From contig OX597815.1 in the NCBI GenBank assembly GCA_951406725.2, positions 25,296,001 through 25,360,000 of the forward strand: a DNA stretch of 64,000 nucleotides, written 5' to 3'. The DNA is from Octopus vulgaris (Eukaryota). Shown here one piece after another: positions 50,874-63,621 of this stretch (its first letter is position 1; every line of letters starts with the position of its first letter). The position numbers and the translations under genes are program-made. The notes beneath the pieces were generated by a model that saw only the letters and a program-made list of their open reading frames with translations, was not told the DNA's origin and made no database searches.

Positions 50874-51829
50874 ATTTCATATCTTCTATTCAATTTTAAA
50901 GTTATATATATATAATGCAATAAAGCATCTAGCCATAGAAATCATGTCAAATCAGACTGGAGTCTGGTGTAGCTTCTCCACTTGCCAGCCCTGATCAAAC
51001 CATCCAATCCATGCCAGCATGGACCATGGACACTAAATGATGATATATGTTTTACTTGTTTAACCAGCTATGCTGAGCCACCCTCTTGGAGGGTTTAATT
51101 GAAGAAAGCGACTCCAATAATTCTTCTTCTTCGAAAATCAGGTACTTACTCAATTAGAAAAATACAGAGATTACGTATCTGGGAAATATATATACTTTTT
51201 TTATAGTTTAATTTTTTTCTTTAAGAACACTCAATGCCCCTCCCCCCACTTCACCCACCCATCACTTATCTGCTTTCAAAAAGCTAAAATCTCCCAATCT
51301 GTCACTTTTGTCTGATGTTTCATGCACGCGTAGAATTCTACTGATGTAGACAGTTTATTCCATGCTTCAGCAATTCTGAGCATGAAAAGATTTTTCCGAA
51401 GGTCATGAGTGCTGTGTCGTTTTTCGATTTTGTAAGAATGTTCATGAGTGTTAATACCAGAACACCACCAGAAAACCTGACATGCTAGAAACAATTGGTA
51501 AACAACATTATTTCTGAAGAAACTACCCTGCTTTCCAAAAAGCTAAAAGTGAAACATTGGGACTGTGTAGCTTTTTAAAAGTGGTGAAGTGATAAGTAAA
51601 ATTCTTCAAGATTTGTATTCTCTGGTTTTTCTTCACGGATTACTAAGGGGAAAAAAATTTTAAAAAAGGAAAAAAGGAATTTGGTGTGGAGAGGGAGAAA
51701 AAAAAAATATTGAGAACGTGTCTTGTGTTATTTAGTCACATAAGGGCACACCATACCAACTGTGAAAAATGAATAAAATGACCTTAAATCAAAAGATTCA
51801 CAAAGGTCAACAACTATTTTTGATCACTC

Positions 51830-52082
51830 CTAAAAATATTTTGACGGCTAACAGCTGATGCAGACAGTTTATTCCATGCTTCGGCAATTCTGAGCATGAA
51901 AAAATTTTTTCGAAGGTCATGAGCGCTATGTCGTTTTTCGATTTTGTAAGCATGTTCATGAGTGTTAGGTGTATGGAATTCAAAAAGGTGCTTAAGGTTG
52001 TTGTTGGAAAGATGGTGGGTAATCTTGTGAGTGACTACCAAATCAGTTGCCAAATGTTAGTGCTTTAATGTGCTTGTGCCCA

Positions 52083-52120
<38 letters not shown>

Positions 52121-52800
52121 CATCATCATCATCTACAACATCAATCTTGAGAAGTCTGTTAGTAAATGTGACTTGGGTATTATTGTCAACAACAATCTGC
52201 ATTGGACAAACCACATCTCTAAGATTATCAAGGAGGCTGAAGACATCTCAGCATTACTTAGTAAGACCTTTGTCAACCACTAACACTCATGAACATGCTT
52301 ACAAAATCGAAAAACGACACAGCACTCATGACCTTCGAAAAAATCTTTTCATGCTCAGAATTGCTGAAGCATGGAATAAACTGTCTGCATCAGCTGGGTT
52401 TTCCTCTCAAAATGCCTTAGGAAGGGCATAGAAACCATGCTATAACAGACAAGATGCCCAAGGAAGCAAGATGTTCAGAGTACAGTAGATGCTTGATAGC
52501 GTGTATTCATCTGGTTGCACATTTCTAAACAGTTTCCAGGAGATTGATATGCTGAGTGAGATATGAGTTCCTGACCGGTGATGCAAATTCTATGTGAAGA
52601 TGTACCATAGTCATATACAGCTTTAAAGAGATTACTGGAGAGTGGTTGACAAAGGTCTTACTAAGTAATGCTGAGATGTCTTCAGCCTCCTTGATAATCT
52701 TAGAGATGTGGTTTGTCCAATGCAGATTGTTGTTGACAATAATACCCAAGTCACATTTACTAACAGACTTCTCAAGATTGATGTTGTAGAGGGAGTATGT
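51830..52800 (-). mobile_element. CR1-like LINE 3' fragment carrying a templated patchwork insertion
   Basis: CDLGIIVNNNLHWTNHISKI..HIEFASPV..; RKNFFMLRIAEAWNKL. Confidence 0.75.
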
Positions 52801-53065
52801 AAAAGCTGGGTTTTCCTCTCAAAATGCCTTAGGAAGGGCATAGAAACCATGCTATAACAGACAATTGGAGTCTGGATAGCTCCCAGCCAGCCAGTTTCAT
52901 GTCAAACCGTCCAACCCATGCCAGCATGGAGAGTGGACGTTAAACAATAATGATGATGATACACACACACACACACACACATACACACACATTTATACAC
53001 ATTTGTGTATGTACACACACACACACACACACACACACATGCATATATGTATATTTTATATATAT

Positions 53066-53700
53066 CATAAAAGACCTATGAAATGTAATCTTTGCCTCAC
53101 AGAAAAATTCTTCATCCTGTTCCAGGATAAACATGCTTTAAACCGGTGACGTGAACTCGTAAGTTCCTGTAGGCACGCTGCAAGGTTTAAAATGTCAACC
53201 GATAAAATACTGTATGGGTAAAATGTTTTGACTTTGGGAAAATTTTGACTGTTACATTTGAATTTAACATTACACCTTATAGTTATTTTGTATTGCAATG
53301 CTAGTGCATATTTCGACTTCACTTTAAGAAAGCCTTCGACTACTCATGTATTTAATTATGTTTTATCAATTTATTTTGCAATTTCCTTATTTTAACAGTT
53401 TAATATTATATTATATGGAAATTTGTCAGTGAACAGGTTGCGGTCTCAAAGCAATGAAAACATTTTGACAAATTGAATTTAAATGTTGAAGTGAATCTAA
53501 CAGTTTTTGTGTGTTTCTTAAATGGCTTATAAACACCTTCCACGCTGCAATTGTTTTCGTTCCAGCACACGATCTTAGTTCAGGTCACTTGCTATGCAAG
53601 TACATCTCTGCAATATACCAGACAGTTTTTAAAAATTGTTTGCGTATATTCGTTATGATGTATATATTTATCTTGATGTGAAGAAAAGTCTCTATGTGTA
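53066..53700 (+). mobile_element. Penelope-like element 3' end with a decayed hammerhead (53419-53474)
   Basis: KCNLCLTEKFFILF..LNR*RELVSSCRH; downstream AATTTGTCA-GTGAACA-GGTTGC..GCAAT-GAAAAC-ATTT-TGACAAATT. Confidence 0.7.
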
Positions 53701-53794
53701 TTTATGTATTGTAGGTATGTGTATGCATGTATATGTATGTATGTGTTAGTACATGTATATATGTATGTGTATATCTATGTGTATATATATATAT

Positions 53795-54167
53795 CTCTTT
53801 TACTCTTTTACTTGTTTCAGTCATTTGACTGCGGCCATGCTGGAGCACCACCTTTAGTCGAGCAAATCGACCCCGGGACTTATTCTTTGTAAGTCTCTTT
53901 TGCCGAACCGCTAAGTGACGGGGACGTAAACACACCAGCATCGGTTGTCAAGCAATGCTAGGGAGGCAAACACAGAGACACAAACACATACACACTCATA
54001 CATATATATATACATATATACGACAGGCTTCTTTCAGTTTCCGTCTACCAAATCCACTCACAAGGCATTGGTCGGCCCGGGGCTATAGCAGAAGACACTT
54101 GCCCAAGATGCCACGCAGTGGGACTGAACCCGGAACCATGTGGTTGGTTAGCAAGCTACTTACCACA
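53795..54167 (-). mobile_element. tRNA-derived SINE (abundant family)
   Basis: Match to 30721-31150. Confidence 0.85.
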
Positions 54168-54834
54168 TATTTACATATATATGTGTATGTATATGTGTAT
54201 ATACATTTATATATGTGGGCATGTATTTGCTTGCATACGTTTTTGTATTTTTTGTATATCTGTATGCATGTCTATATGTGTGCATACTTGTATGTATGTT
54301 TGTATTTATGTAGAGATACATGTAATATTATGTGTGCATTTTTATATGTGTTCCTTTTGCAAGCTGAACAAAGTATTTAACCTTCGTTAGACACTTTTCG
54401 AATGCCATTATTTCTCTCTCTCTCTCTCTACCTCTATCTATTTTTTCCATTTCTCTCTCTAATTTTCTGTTTCTTTTTCTTTTTGTCCCCACTCCACTTG
54501 TAATTTTCTGATTTTTTTTCCTTTCCTTTCTTTCGCTATCTTGTATAAGCTCACACCAGGAGATTTTGTGTGCTTGCATGCATATATATGCATTTGTATA
54601 TATTTGTCTGTATATGTATGTAGCCATGTACCTGCATTTGTATGTTTAGTGTATATGTGTATATTATAGATTATTTAGTATGTGTATATGTGACCTAGCG
54701 TGAAATTTTTTTAACGGATATATCTTTAAATTTATTAATATTTTACAGCTAATTATTTACCCTGGGTATTCAGGCCTTTTCCTTCTTTATAAGCTATTTT
54801 TGACTTAAGGTTTTCTTTGATTTTTATAATAATA

Positions 54835-55188
54835 CTAGCACGTTGCTGGGTCATAGTGCTAGTGCATACATATACAGATGTGTGCCTGTGCACATACACG
54901 CGAGTACTGTCCAAATCTCCGACCAATCACATACAGCTAGCTGGCATTCAATTGGCATATCAAGTTTTGGGCATTTTGATTAGGTTTTAGATAGAAAATT
55001 CACAAAAAAGTCACTTCTGTTGATTTTTTAATGGCTTTGCGGGATGACTGGGCAAATGTAAAGATGTGCACGACCACCCTTGGATGATTTTGAATGACCA
55101 TAGAAGTGTGAGCCCTCTAACTTAAAAATTGTGGATTTGTATAAAGGACACACACACACAGACATTTTGCTGTTTATATAGAGAGAGA
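54835..55188 (-). mobile_element. Non-autonomous Helitron
   Basis: CTAG at 54835; TCTCTCTCTATATAAACAGC 5' end like that of 33026. Confidence 0.6.
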
Positions 55189-55226
55189 TGATTTTTAAAC
55201 AGCTATTTGTTATTTTATGCAACCAG

Positions 55227-55682
55227 CCGTTGCCAGCGTCGCCTGGCCCCCGTGCCGGTGGCACGTAAAAAAAAAACACCATCCGTTCGTGGCCGTTTGC
55301 CAGACTCGTCTGGCACCACCATCCGTTCATGACCGTTGCCAGCGCCGCCCCGACTGGCCTCGTGCAGGTGGCACGTAAAAAGCACCATCCATTCGTGGCC
55401 GTTGCTAGCCTCGCCTGGCTCCGTGCCGGTGGCACGTAAAAAGCACCATCCGTCCGTGGCCGTTTGCCAGCTCCGTCTGGCACCTGTGCGGGTAGCACAT
55501 AAAAAGCACCCACTACACTCACGGAGTGGTTGGCGTTAGGAAGGGCATCCAGCCGTAGAAACACTGCCAGATCAGACTGGGCCTGATGCAGCCTTCTGGC
55601 TTCACAGACCCCAGTTGAACCGTCCAACCCATGCTAGCATGGAAAACGGACGCTAAATGATGATGATGATGATGATGATGAT
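55227..55682 (+). mobile_element. 5'-truncated RTE 3' UTR insertion with ~60-bp internal tandem units and an 80-bp TSD
   Basis: (GAT)n tail; GGTGGCACGTAAAAAGCACC units; identical direct repeats 55147-55226 and 55683-55762. Confidence 0.9.
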
Positions 55683-56205
55683 GACACACACACACAGACA
55701 TTTTGCTGTTTATATAGAGAGAGATGATTTTTAAACAGCTATTTGTTATTTTATGCAACCAGTTATTGAAAAGACTGTTAGTTGAAAGGACCAATGAAAC
55801 AAAACCATTTTCAAGTGTATATCTTTCAAAGTAATTGTATTTCTGTACATAACTTTATCTTGCTCCATCCTTAACAAAACTGTCCAAATGGGAACATGAA
55901 ACTCTGAGCAACAGTTTTTGTGATATTTTTGCTGCTTTTTAATAAAGCATATTACCCTATCTCTGGTATTCGAGTACTATTTTTCGAATTTATGTACTTA
56001 CCCTGGTAGATATATATAAAATAAAGCAAAGTAAATATTTGTGATAATTAAGAAAGTTATTTGCTTAAAGATTTTAAAGACGTTTTGTTGATTGTTGTAA
56101 CCAGCACATTTAAAAAGCACAAAAAACACAAAAAAACACAACAACGCGAGGACGTGGAATGAATATAGTATTATTGGATGCTCAGGAAAGAAGGAAGGAA
56201 GGAGG

Positions 56206-56240
56206 GTTTAACGTTTCGAGCGGAGCTCTTCGTCGGAAAC
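56206..56240 (-). ncRNA. Minimal hammerhead motif (family 1, variant CCGACGA)
   Basis: Minus strand GTTT-CCGACGA-A-GAGC-TCC-GCTC-GAAAC-GTT-AAAC; host repeat ~56120-56316 is homologous to 45635-45829. Confidence 0.55.
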
Positions 56241-56331
56241 ATAGGAGGAGAAGGAAAGATCCAGAGAAGGGAAGACAGAGGAAAAAAAATTGCCAATGGT
56301 ACACACACGGTCACATTTTTATATATATATA

Positions 56332-56389
<58 letters not shown>

Positions 56390-56524
56390 TAAATTAGAGA
56401 TAAAACCACTATTAGGCAAATCAAACAATGAAAAACTTAAGCCAATACATAAAATTAATTAATTTATATTATTTTAAATATATATCAAAAGTATTAAAAG
56501 TTTAATAGAAGATAATGAGTAAAA

Positions 56525-56593
56525 CACTACGATCATTTCATGGCTGTCCAATTCGTAATAATTCGAGTTATGGTTACAGTCAATCTTCAGGTA
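56525..56593 (-). ncRNA. Decayed hammerhead motif (family 3)
   Basis: Minus strand TAC-CTGAAGA-T-TGACTGT..ACAGCCA-T-GAAAT-GATC-GTA-GTG; host element 56387-56625 shares its end with 50735-50810. Confidence 0.5.
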
Positions 56594-56834
56594 ATTGAAA
56601 TATTTATCTTAGCGAGGTTTAGCAATATATATATATATATATATATCAACCCGTGCTAGCATGGAGAACGGACGTTAAACAATGATGATGATGATGATGA
56701 TGATGATGATATATATATATATATATATATATATAATCAATATAAGGGTAGCAAAAAAATTCAAGAAAAATTCAAGAAAAATTTTCTGCAACCAGCGGTC
56801 AAGTGAGAAAATAGAAATAGTCACAGACTATATA

Positions 56835-56980
56835 ATATATTCAACAATAGTATTAAGGAATGACCCTGACAGGTCGTTCAACTCACTTGAAAAGAGCAGC
56901 TAAACTCGAGTTTAGCTGCTCTTTTCAAGTGAGTTGAACGACCTGTCAGGGTCATTCCTTAATACTGTTGTTGAATATAT
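56835..56980. repeat. Spacerless 146-bp palindrome
   Basis: Centre AAACTC|GAGTTT at 56907/56908; one mismatch in 73-bp arms. Confidence 0.95.
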
Positions 56981-57165
56981 ATATATATATATGTATGTAT
57001 ATGTAACATATGGTATAATTATAAACAGGACAAATTTTAGTCATTTCTCTGCAGACTGAAAAATATGTCGAACAACCTTAATCAATTTTCAAACCTTATT
57101 GGGTTCTTATCAGAGGTGTCCACTTCATTCTGACAGTCTCCAGAGAAACAAGCATCCAAACTATA

Positions 57166-58043
57166 CAGGATGCAATGGTTAAATTGTCACTTTTATATAT
57201 TTTATATTTTGCACATGTGCATGTGCATATTTTGTTTTTGATTTTGTTGACTACACAGTATAGTAGGGTCAGTTGAGCACCATCTATGAGAAAAACAGCA
57301 CCATGATGCAATTCACTCTGCCAGAACTTTGGAAACGACATACTGTACTGCTTAGCATTCATGCTGGAAGCTCCAATACGAACATTTCAGAGTGTTTGAA
57401 TGTCAATCCAAGGACATGTACCGAGAGTGATAAAAATCAAACATCCAATCAATATTATGGTGTTTGGAGTGATCGCTAGTGATGACGATGTTATGCCTCC
57501 ATTCATCTACCCACACAACTTCAGGCTCAACATGGAGGCCTACATCAAGTGCTTGGAGAAAGTAGTGTTGTGCTGGGTCAAGAGGGTGGCTGCTGGAAAA
57601 CCCTATGTCTGGCAACAGGACTCTGAACTATGCCACACAAGCAGGAGAACCCTGTCATAGCTGTCAGACAATTTCTGCAACCACATCACCCCTAACATCT
57701 GGCTACCTAACTCCCCAGACTGCAACCCCCTTGATTATTATGTGTGGGGCACAGTTGAATGACAGACCAACAAAACTCCTTGTAACACCAAAGATGAGCT
57801 GAAGATAAAGCTTATGGCAGCATTCACCAACTTAAACAAGGAGACCATCTGAAAGAGTTGCAGGAGATTCCAAGGTCGTCTGGAGGTTGTGGTGAAAGCC
57901 AATAGCGATTTTATTGAATAAATTTACTCTTTAGTATTTCAAGATATTTTAATGTAATTTTAGTAAATATATCTGTTAAAATGAGATGTCAGTGTTATTT
58001 TCCTTTTGCATAATTTAGATGACAGTTTATTCACTGCACCCTG
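57166..58043 (+). mobile_element. Internally deleted DD37D (maT-like) Tc1/mariner transposon
   Basis: TIRs CAGGATGCAATGGTTAAATTGTCA / TGACAGTTTATTCACTGCACCCTG, TA TSDs; KHPINIMVFGVI..WQQDS..CHTS..WLPNSPDCNPLDYYVWG. Confidence 0.85.
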
Positions 58044-58599
58044 TATATACATACTTACAGACATACGCATGCACACACACACACAAACACACACACACAC
58101 ACACACACATACAAATGTATATATGTCTACAAACTTACGCATTCACACACAAACATACACATACTCATAAACATACACAACACACTGGGAGTCATAATGA
58201 ACACAGTTTGTGCTGTTTATATAACACACAGATTATGTTTTATAATGTCTGTTTCCTCCATGTTATAAGTACATGAAAGAAATCATTATTATTATTATTT
58301 ATGGGTTATCAACCCACTTATAAGCACTTCTATGCTCAGTCGCAATCAGCTCTAAAAGTGAAATGACATTTTCAGACTTGCCAAAATGACGTGAACAGGC
58401 TAAATTCTAATGATTTCGGGGTGTGGGGTAAACTGAAAGTAAAAATATATCCGACTCAATCAACAAACTTTTCAGAATTGAAAAGGAGAACAAACAATGC
58501 TCACAAATAAATTTCAACTGTAAATTTCACTCGCCAGCTTGTGATTAATCCTCCTCCTCCACCTCTCCTCCCCTTCTCCTACTTCTCCTTTTCATCATT

Positions 58600-58958
58600 G
58601 GTGGCTGGCACATAAAAAGCACCATCTGAACATGGCCGATGCCAGCGCCACCTCGACTGGCTTCTGTGCCGGTGGCACATAAAAAGCACCATCTGAACAT
58701 GGCCGATGGCAGCGCCGCCTTGACTGGCTTCCGTGCCGGTGGCACGTTAAAAGCACCAACCGATTGTGGCTGATGCCAGACTCCCCTGGCACATAAAAAG
58801 CACCCACTACACTCGCGGAGTGGTTGGCGTTAGGAAGGGCATCCAGCTGTAGAAACACTGCCAGATCAGACTGGAGCCTGGTGCAGCCCCTGGCTTCCCA
58901 GACCCCGGTCGAACCGTCCAACCCGTGCTAGCGCGGAAAACGGACGTTAAACGATGAT
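58600..58958 (+). mobile_element. RTE 3' UTR fragment with tandem units
   Basis: Same 3' end as 55227-55682. Confidence 0.8.
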
Positions 58959-59611
58959 GTGGCAATGGTGACAGTGGCAGCACTGGCAGTGCTGGCAGCA
59001 GTGGTGGTGGAAGGAGCAGTGATGCAGCTGCCACTGGTGTCAATGAGGAAAAGGGGGAGCAGTTCATTTTCCATGCTTACATGAATCCTGCAAGTCTTCT
59101 TTAGCATAAAATCTCACTACTTACCACAGCCACTTGTTATCTCTTTCATGAACTTCAAGATCCTGAGATCAACTTACATAACTTTTTTCTGTGTCTTCCA
59201 TGATCTTCCTCTTTGGCAGGAAGCCCAAGGAAGCTGAATAAATAAATTTAAATTTTCAGAAAAACTGAAACTGGCCATTAAAGTAGGCACTAAAAAATTG
59301 AACAAGGTACAATAGGTAAGATGCACACATCTACTTGGAATTGATAGTATGTGCCCATCCCTCCATCTCTTTACCCAAGTATCATCTACTATAGAATTTA
59401 CATGTTTGTTCCAACACACTTTCCTTTCTTAATATATCATCTGATTTGTCTTATACTCAGTTTTGTTTCAGCTCAGTTGTGTTCTGTTGTTTATGTGCAC
59501 TCACATCACATAATCAACTGAGCATGTTTGCCTCATTTCTTGAACATATAATGCATGTTTCACTACTGTACAGCATAAAATCTCATACACAAGTATGCAA
59601 AATGTCAAGAG

Positions 59612-59947
59612 TCTCAGTGGTTAGAGCGTCGAGCTTACGATTGTGAGGTTGTGAGTCCGAATCCCGGACCGGGCTGCGTGTTGTGTTCTTGAACAAGGCA
59701 CTTTATTTCACGTTGCTCCAGTTCACTCAGCTGTAGAAATGAGTTGCGACGTCACTGGTGCCAAGCTGTATCGACCTTTGTCTTTCCCTTGGATAACACT
59801 GGTGGCATGGAGAGGGGAAGCTGGTATGCATGGGCGACTGCTGGTCTTCCATAAAACAACCTTGCCCGGACTTGTGTCTAGGAGGGTAACTTTCTAGGTG
59901 CAATCCCATGGTCATTCATGACCGAAGGGGGTCTTTACCCTTTTTAC
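59612..59947 (+). mobile_element. tRNA-derived SINE with a V-domain-like core
   Basis: CAGTGGTTAGAGCG..GAGTCCGAATCCC head; TTGAACAAGGCACTT and CCAGTTCACTCAGCTGTA motifs. Confidence 0.65.
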
Positions 59948-60644
59948 TCTTCACTGAAAGAGAAAATTTCTTTGTCTCCAACAAAAATCATAATCCCATA
60001 AGCACTTTTTTCAATTGCATTCTTACTCTGATAACTATGCATTTGGAGTATCCACTTCCAATGCTAATTCAGTTGTCCAAATAAGAGAACTTACTACCTT
60101 TGTAGAACCTTCCAATCATTTGAAACACCTTAATGCTCTTACAGTTTACTACTTCTGCCACAAACAAAGTATTACTTCATTGTCAATCTAACCAATTGGT
60201 AATTTTATTACACCTTTTATGTGCTCATAGTCTACATTGAATTTCTACCAACTCCTTTACCACATATTGCTCATGGTTGCATTCCAGATGGCAATACACT
60301 TTGATCTTCTTCCTGCTTGCTAAAACCTTTCTCTGTTTGGTTTACTTTGAGAAGTCTCAATAATTGGCTGTCTCCACTTCCAGAACTTCTCTAAATTTTC
60401 AACAGATCTTTTAAATCTCGTTTATCATCTTGCAGGAGTTCTGACTGTTAATCTTAAAATCCTCTCTTATGGTTTTGGACACACACACACACACATCATA
60501 GGTTAAACTTAAAACAATTCAATACAGATTTGACTATGGCTTCAATATACAAACAATTTCTTATTATTTACAACTTTACTTGGATAAACTCAGTACAGAC
60601 TAATAACTGCATCCATTATGTTATTATTATGAAACTTCAGCATG

Positions 60645-60915
60645 ATAAGCTGTTGAGGAGATATCATAAGCTGTTGAGGAGATATCATAAGCTGTTGAGG
60701 AGATATCATAAGCTGTTGAGGAGATATCATAAGCTGTTGAGGAGATATCATAAGCTGTTGAGGAGATATCATAAGCTGTTGAGGAGATATCATAAGCTGC
60801 TGAGGAGATATCATAAGCTGTTGAGGAGATATCATAAGCTGTTGAGGAGATATCATAAGCTGTTGAGGAGATATCATAAGCTGCTGAGGAGATATCATAA
60901 GCTGTTGAGGAGATA
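60645..60915. repeat. 21-bp minisatellite (ATAAGCTGTTGAGGAGATATC), about 13 units
   Basis: Near-perfect tandem array; two units carry CTGCTG. Confidence 0.95.
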
Positions 60916-62206
60916 ACTATTTTCCTAGTTCATTTTGCTTGCAATTCAGATAAATTTAAAGGATCTACTTCAAGTAATCAAGTTTAAGTCTAAGCTGTTG
61001 GTGAGAAAATCTTACCCTCTTTATTTGCTGTGTCAGGTGTTTTTGTCAAATAACAACTCTGACACAGTTACATGGGAAATACTCCAATATCAGTCACATC
61101 TCAGCTTACTTATGTAATGCAATACAGTTGTTGTTATTGTTATTTAGCCATGACGAAGCAGACTTATGATCAAAGACATTCTAATCATGACTATAATAAT
61201 CCATTAAGGTGCTTGTTTTTAAGTTCAATAATGTTGTCCCACAGTAAAGAGTTTATCCAAGTAAAGATATAAGTAGTAAGAGATTCTTTGCGTATTGAGG
61301 CCTTATTCAAATGCAACATGTCTTAGACTGTCAATTGTACTCTATTTGTACAGTGTACCTCTAAATTAAGTAAAGGCATGGTATCTATGGTGCACTGGAT
61401 CTAAAAATCAAACCAAGCTATTTGACTGACTGTTCACATTCCTCGGGACTGTCTAGTACTATGCATCAAAAGCAACAGCAAACACCAGGAAAACCTTGAG
61501 TGCCCATCATACCTTCATATATAGTCTGAAAGGCTAAGGCTTTCATGTAGCATAATGTGCAAGTTGTGATGTTTTTGCTCCTCTCAAGACAATGGTGAAA
61601 ACAACAAAGGTGAAAAGGGCTCTACAAGGTAATTGAAACTGTCAATAAGTTCTCACCAGCACAATTTCTACTCTAAGATGTTCCCATCAAATATTTTTAT
61701 AATTTCTTTTATTTTCTTTCATAAAATTTCATTGAGTCTTTATGAAAATGGAATGTCGAGATGTTAATGTTTCATGTTTTATGATACGTTGTTTTAGGGT
61801 AAGACAGGAATATTCCTACCAATTTTTCCCTTTTCTTTTCTGTGTATTCTAATCTTGGGTGAAAGGAAGATTTTATTTCTGCAATGTTAGAGTAATATTC
61901 CACAATAGATATAGTAATGAGCTCTCCCAACCATAACGAAGTAGAATCATTTGATTCCATGCATTCCTTTACCAAAATTATTTCAAATAACTCAGATTAG
62001 CAGAAATTTACTCTGGCTTTACAAATTCAAAAATTCTTCTTTTTCAATTTTGGTCTTTCTCATGACAAACATTTGATTATACCTGGTTTCAAAACCCACT
62101 ATACAACTACAAATCAATTTTTATGCTTACTTTGAATTTTTACTAATTTCTTTCCTTTTTTTTTCTTCTTCTTTCTAATTAACTTAATTACAATGTTATC
62201 TTCTAA

Positions 62207-62623
62207 CCCTTTTGATACCAATCTGCCTGAGACTGTCTCTGGTTCTACGATATATACTTCCTTTAAAAGTGATCAAAAATAAAATCATCTATCAAAATTT
62301 CTTGCTAGTTTATGTTCCAAACACCAGATTAATAACAACAGAATTATTTTACTAAATTCTTCATTATTTTTGAAGGTAAATGAAATAAAGGTGGTATATA
62401 ATAATAATAATGAAATTATTGTATACAGTGCTCAGGTGCACCACAACTTGTCAGAAAGTGCATACACAGTATATGCAGTAATGTACAAATGTCTGGAAAG
62501 CGAACAATGCATGAGTCAGATACATGCTTGTGTGTGTATGGAGGGGAGAAAATCAGGTGTAGTGTTGGCGAATCTCAGAAAGCATGGAAGTTTTATCTCA
62601 ACTGAAATATGATAACAAAAGGG
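62207..62623. mobile_element. piggyBac-type MITE with a nested LINE 3' fragment
   Basis: CTAA|CCCTTTTGATACCA ... GATAACAAAAGGG|TTAA. Confidence 0.65.
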
Positions 62624-63032
62624 TTAAAAGGTGAGGGCAAGAAATATTTATTGCCTTTCTCAGGGTTGGCTTCTGTAGATCAAAATCTACAAGAGACTTG
62701 CTCTCTTATGTTACTTACCAATTGTTACACAGGTTTAAGGACTCAGTGGAAGCAATATCACAGCACTTGCTATCCTGCCTAAATTGTTCACCTATGTTCT
62801 TAACTGGAAGTTTTCTGTAAGATCACAGCATGTGATAATCAAACCCTCTTGCAATTCGGGTGTACTTGATAGTTTGGTAATGTCTCTCAGACTCTTCCTT
62901 CTGTACATTAACAACCTATTTGCTGCTACTTCCAGTGTGTCCTTCCTTTTTGAAGGATGTAATTTGAAGGGTATTTAGCTGCTGTTTCTAACTGGGTTAA
63001 CAATCATATAAAGCCCCCACCATCCTTTAAAT

Positions 63033-63201
63033 CAGGGGTCTCCAAAGTGGTTGATGGGACTATTCAAGGGGTCTATAAATGCACATCTACTTAATTATTA
63101 TTATTATTATTTATTTATTTTCTTGTACATGCCTATGAGGTTGATGAGGGGTCAAGGATTCCATGAAGGGGTCAATGGTCTAAAAGGTTTTGGGACTCCT
63201 G
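63033..63201. mobile_element. hAT MITE
   Basis: CAGGGGTCTCCAAA / TTTTGGGACTCCTG; 8-bp TSD CTTTAAAT/CTTTAGAT. Confidence 0.75.
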
Positions 63202-63518
63202 CTTTAGATCTTTGCAACCCTGGTATCATCCATATTGAATCTAAATACTACATGGACTTTTATTTTCTTGCAATGAGTAAATGTTGGTTTGTAGTGTGTG
63301 TGTGTGTGTGTGCATGTGCATGTGTGTGTGTGCATGTGTGCATGAATGTGTGCGTGCATGCGTCAATGTCCATTTTCCATTTTTTATTGTTCTCTTCATA
63401 TGTTTCTTTAGCACCTGTAATTTACACAATTCTTGTCAATTGTTTTTTCTCATTGTGACGTGTTTATTGTTTATTATTACGGTCAATGGTTGTCATGATT
63501 AATTGTTTGTATCGACAG

Positions 63519-63621
63519 AGTTATTACTTTCAACCGGTGACAATGGAAACGAAATACTGCAGCTGCAAGCTGTTACCTTTATCTGAAGTCATTGAGTCAG
63601 TTCACGAGAGATATTCTCCAG
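63519..63621 (+). CDS. Candidate isolated exon of an unidentified gene
   Basis: TTGTTTGTATCGACAG acceptor, CAG|GTAAAT donor, open frame SYYFQPVTMETKYCSCKLLPLSEVIESVHERYSP; no homology recognised. Confidence 0.35.

Noticed and set aside
60530-60916. ORFs (KLLRRYH)n and (MISPQQL)n; CRISPR-like appearance
   Set aside because: Spacerless 21-bp tandem repeat; the ORFs are a by-product of the unit length
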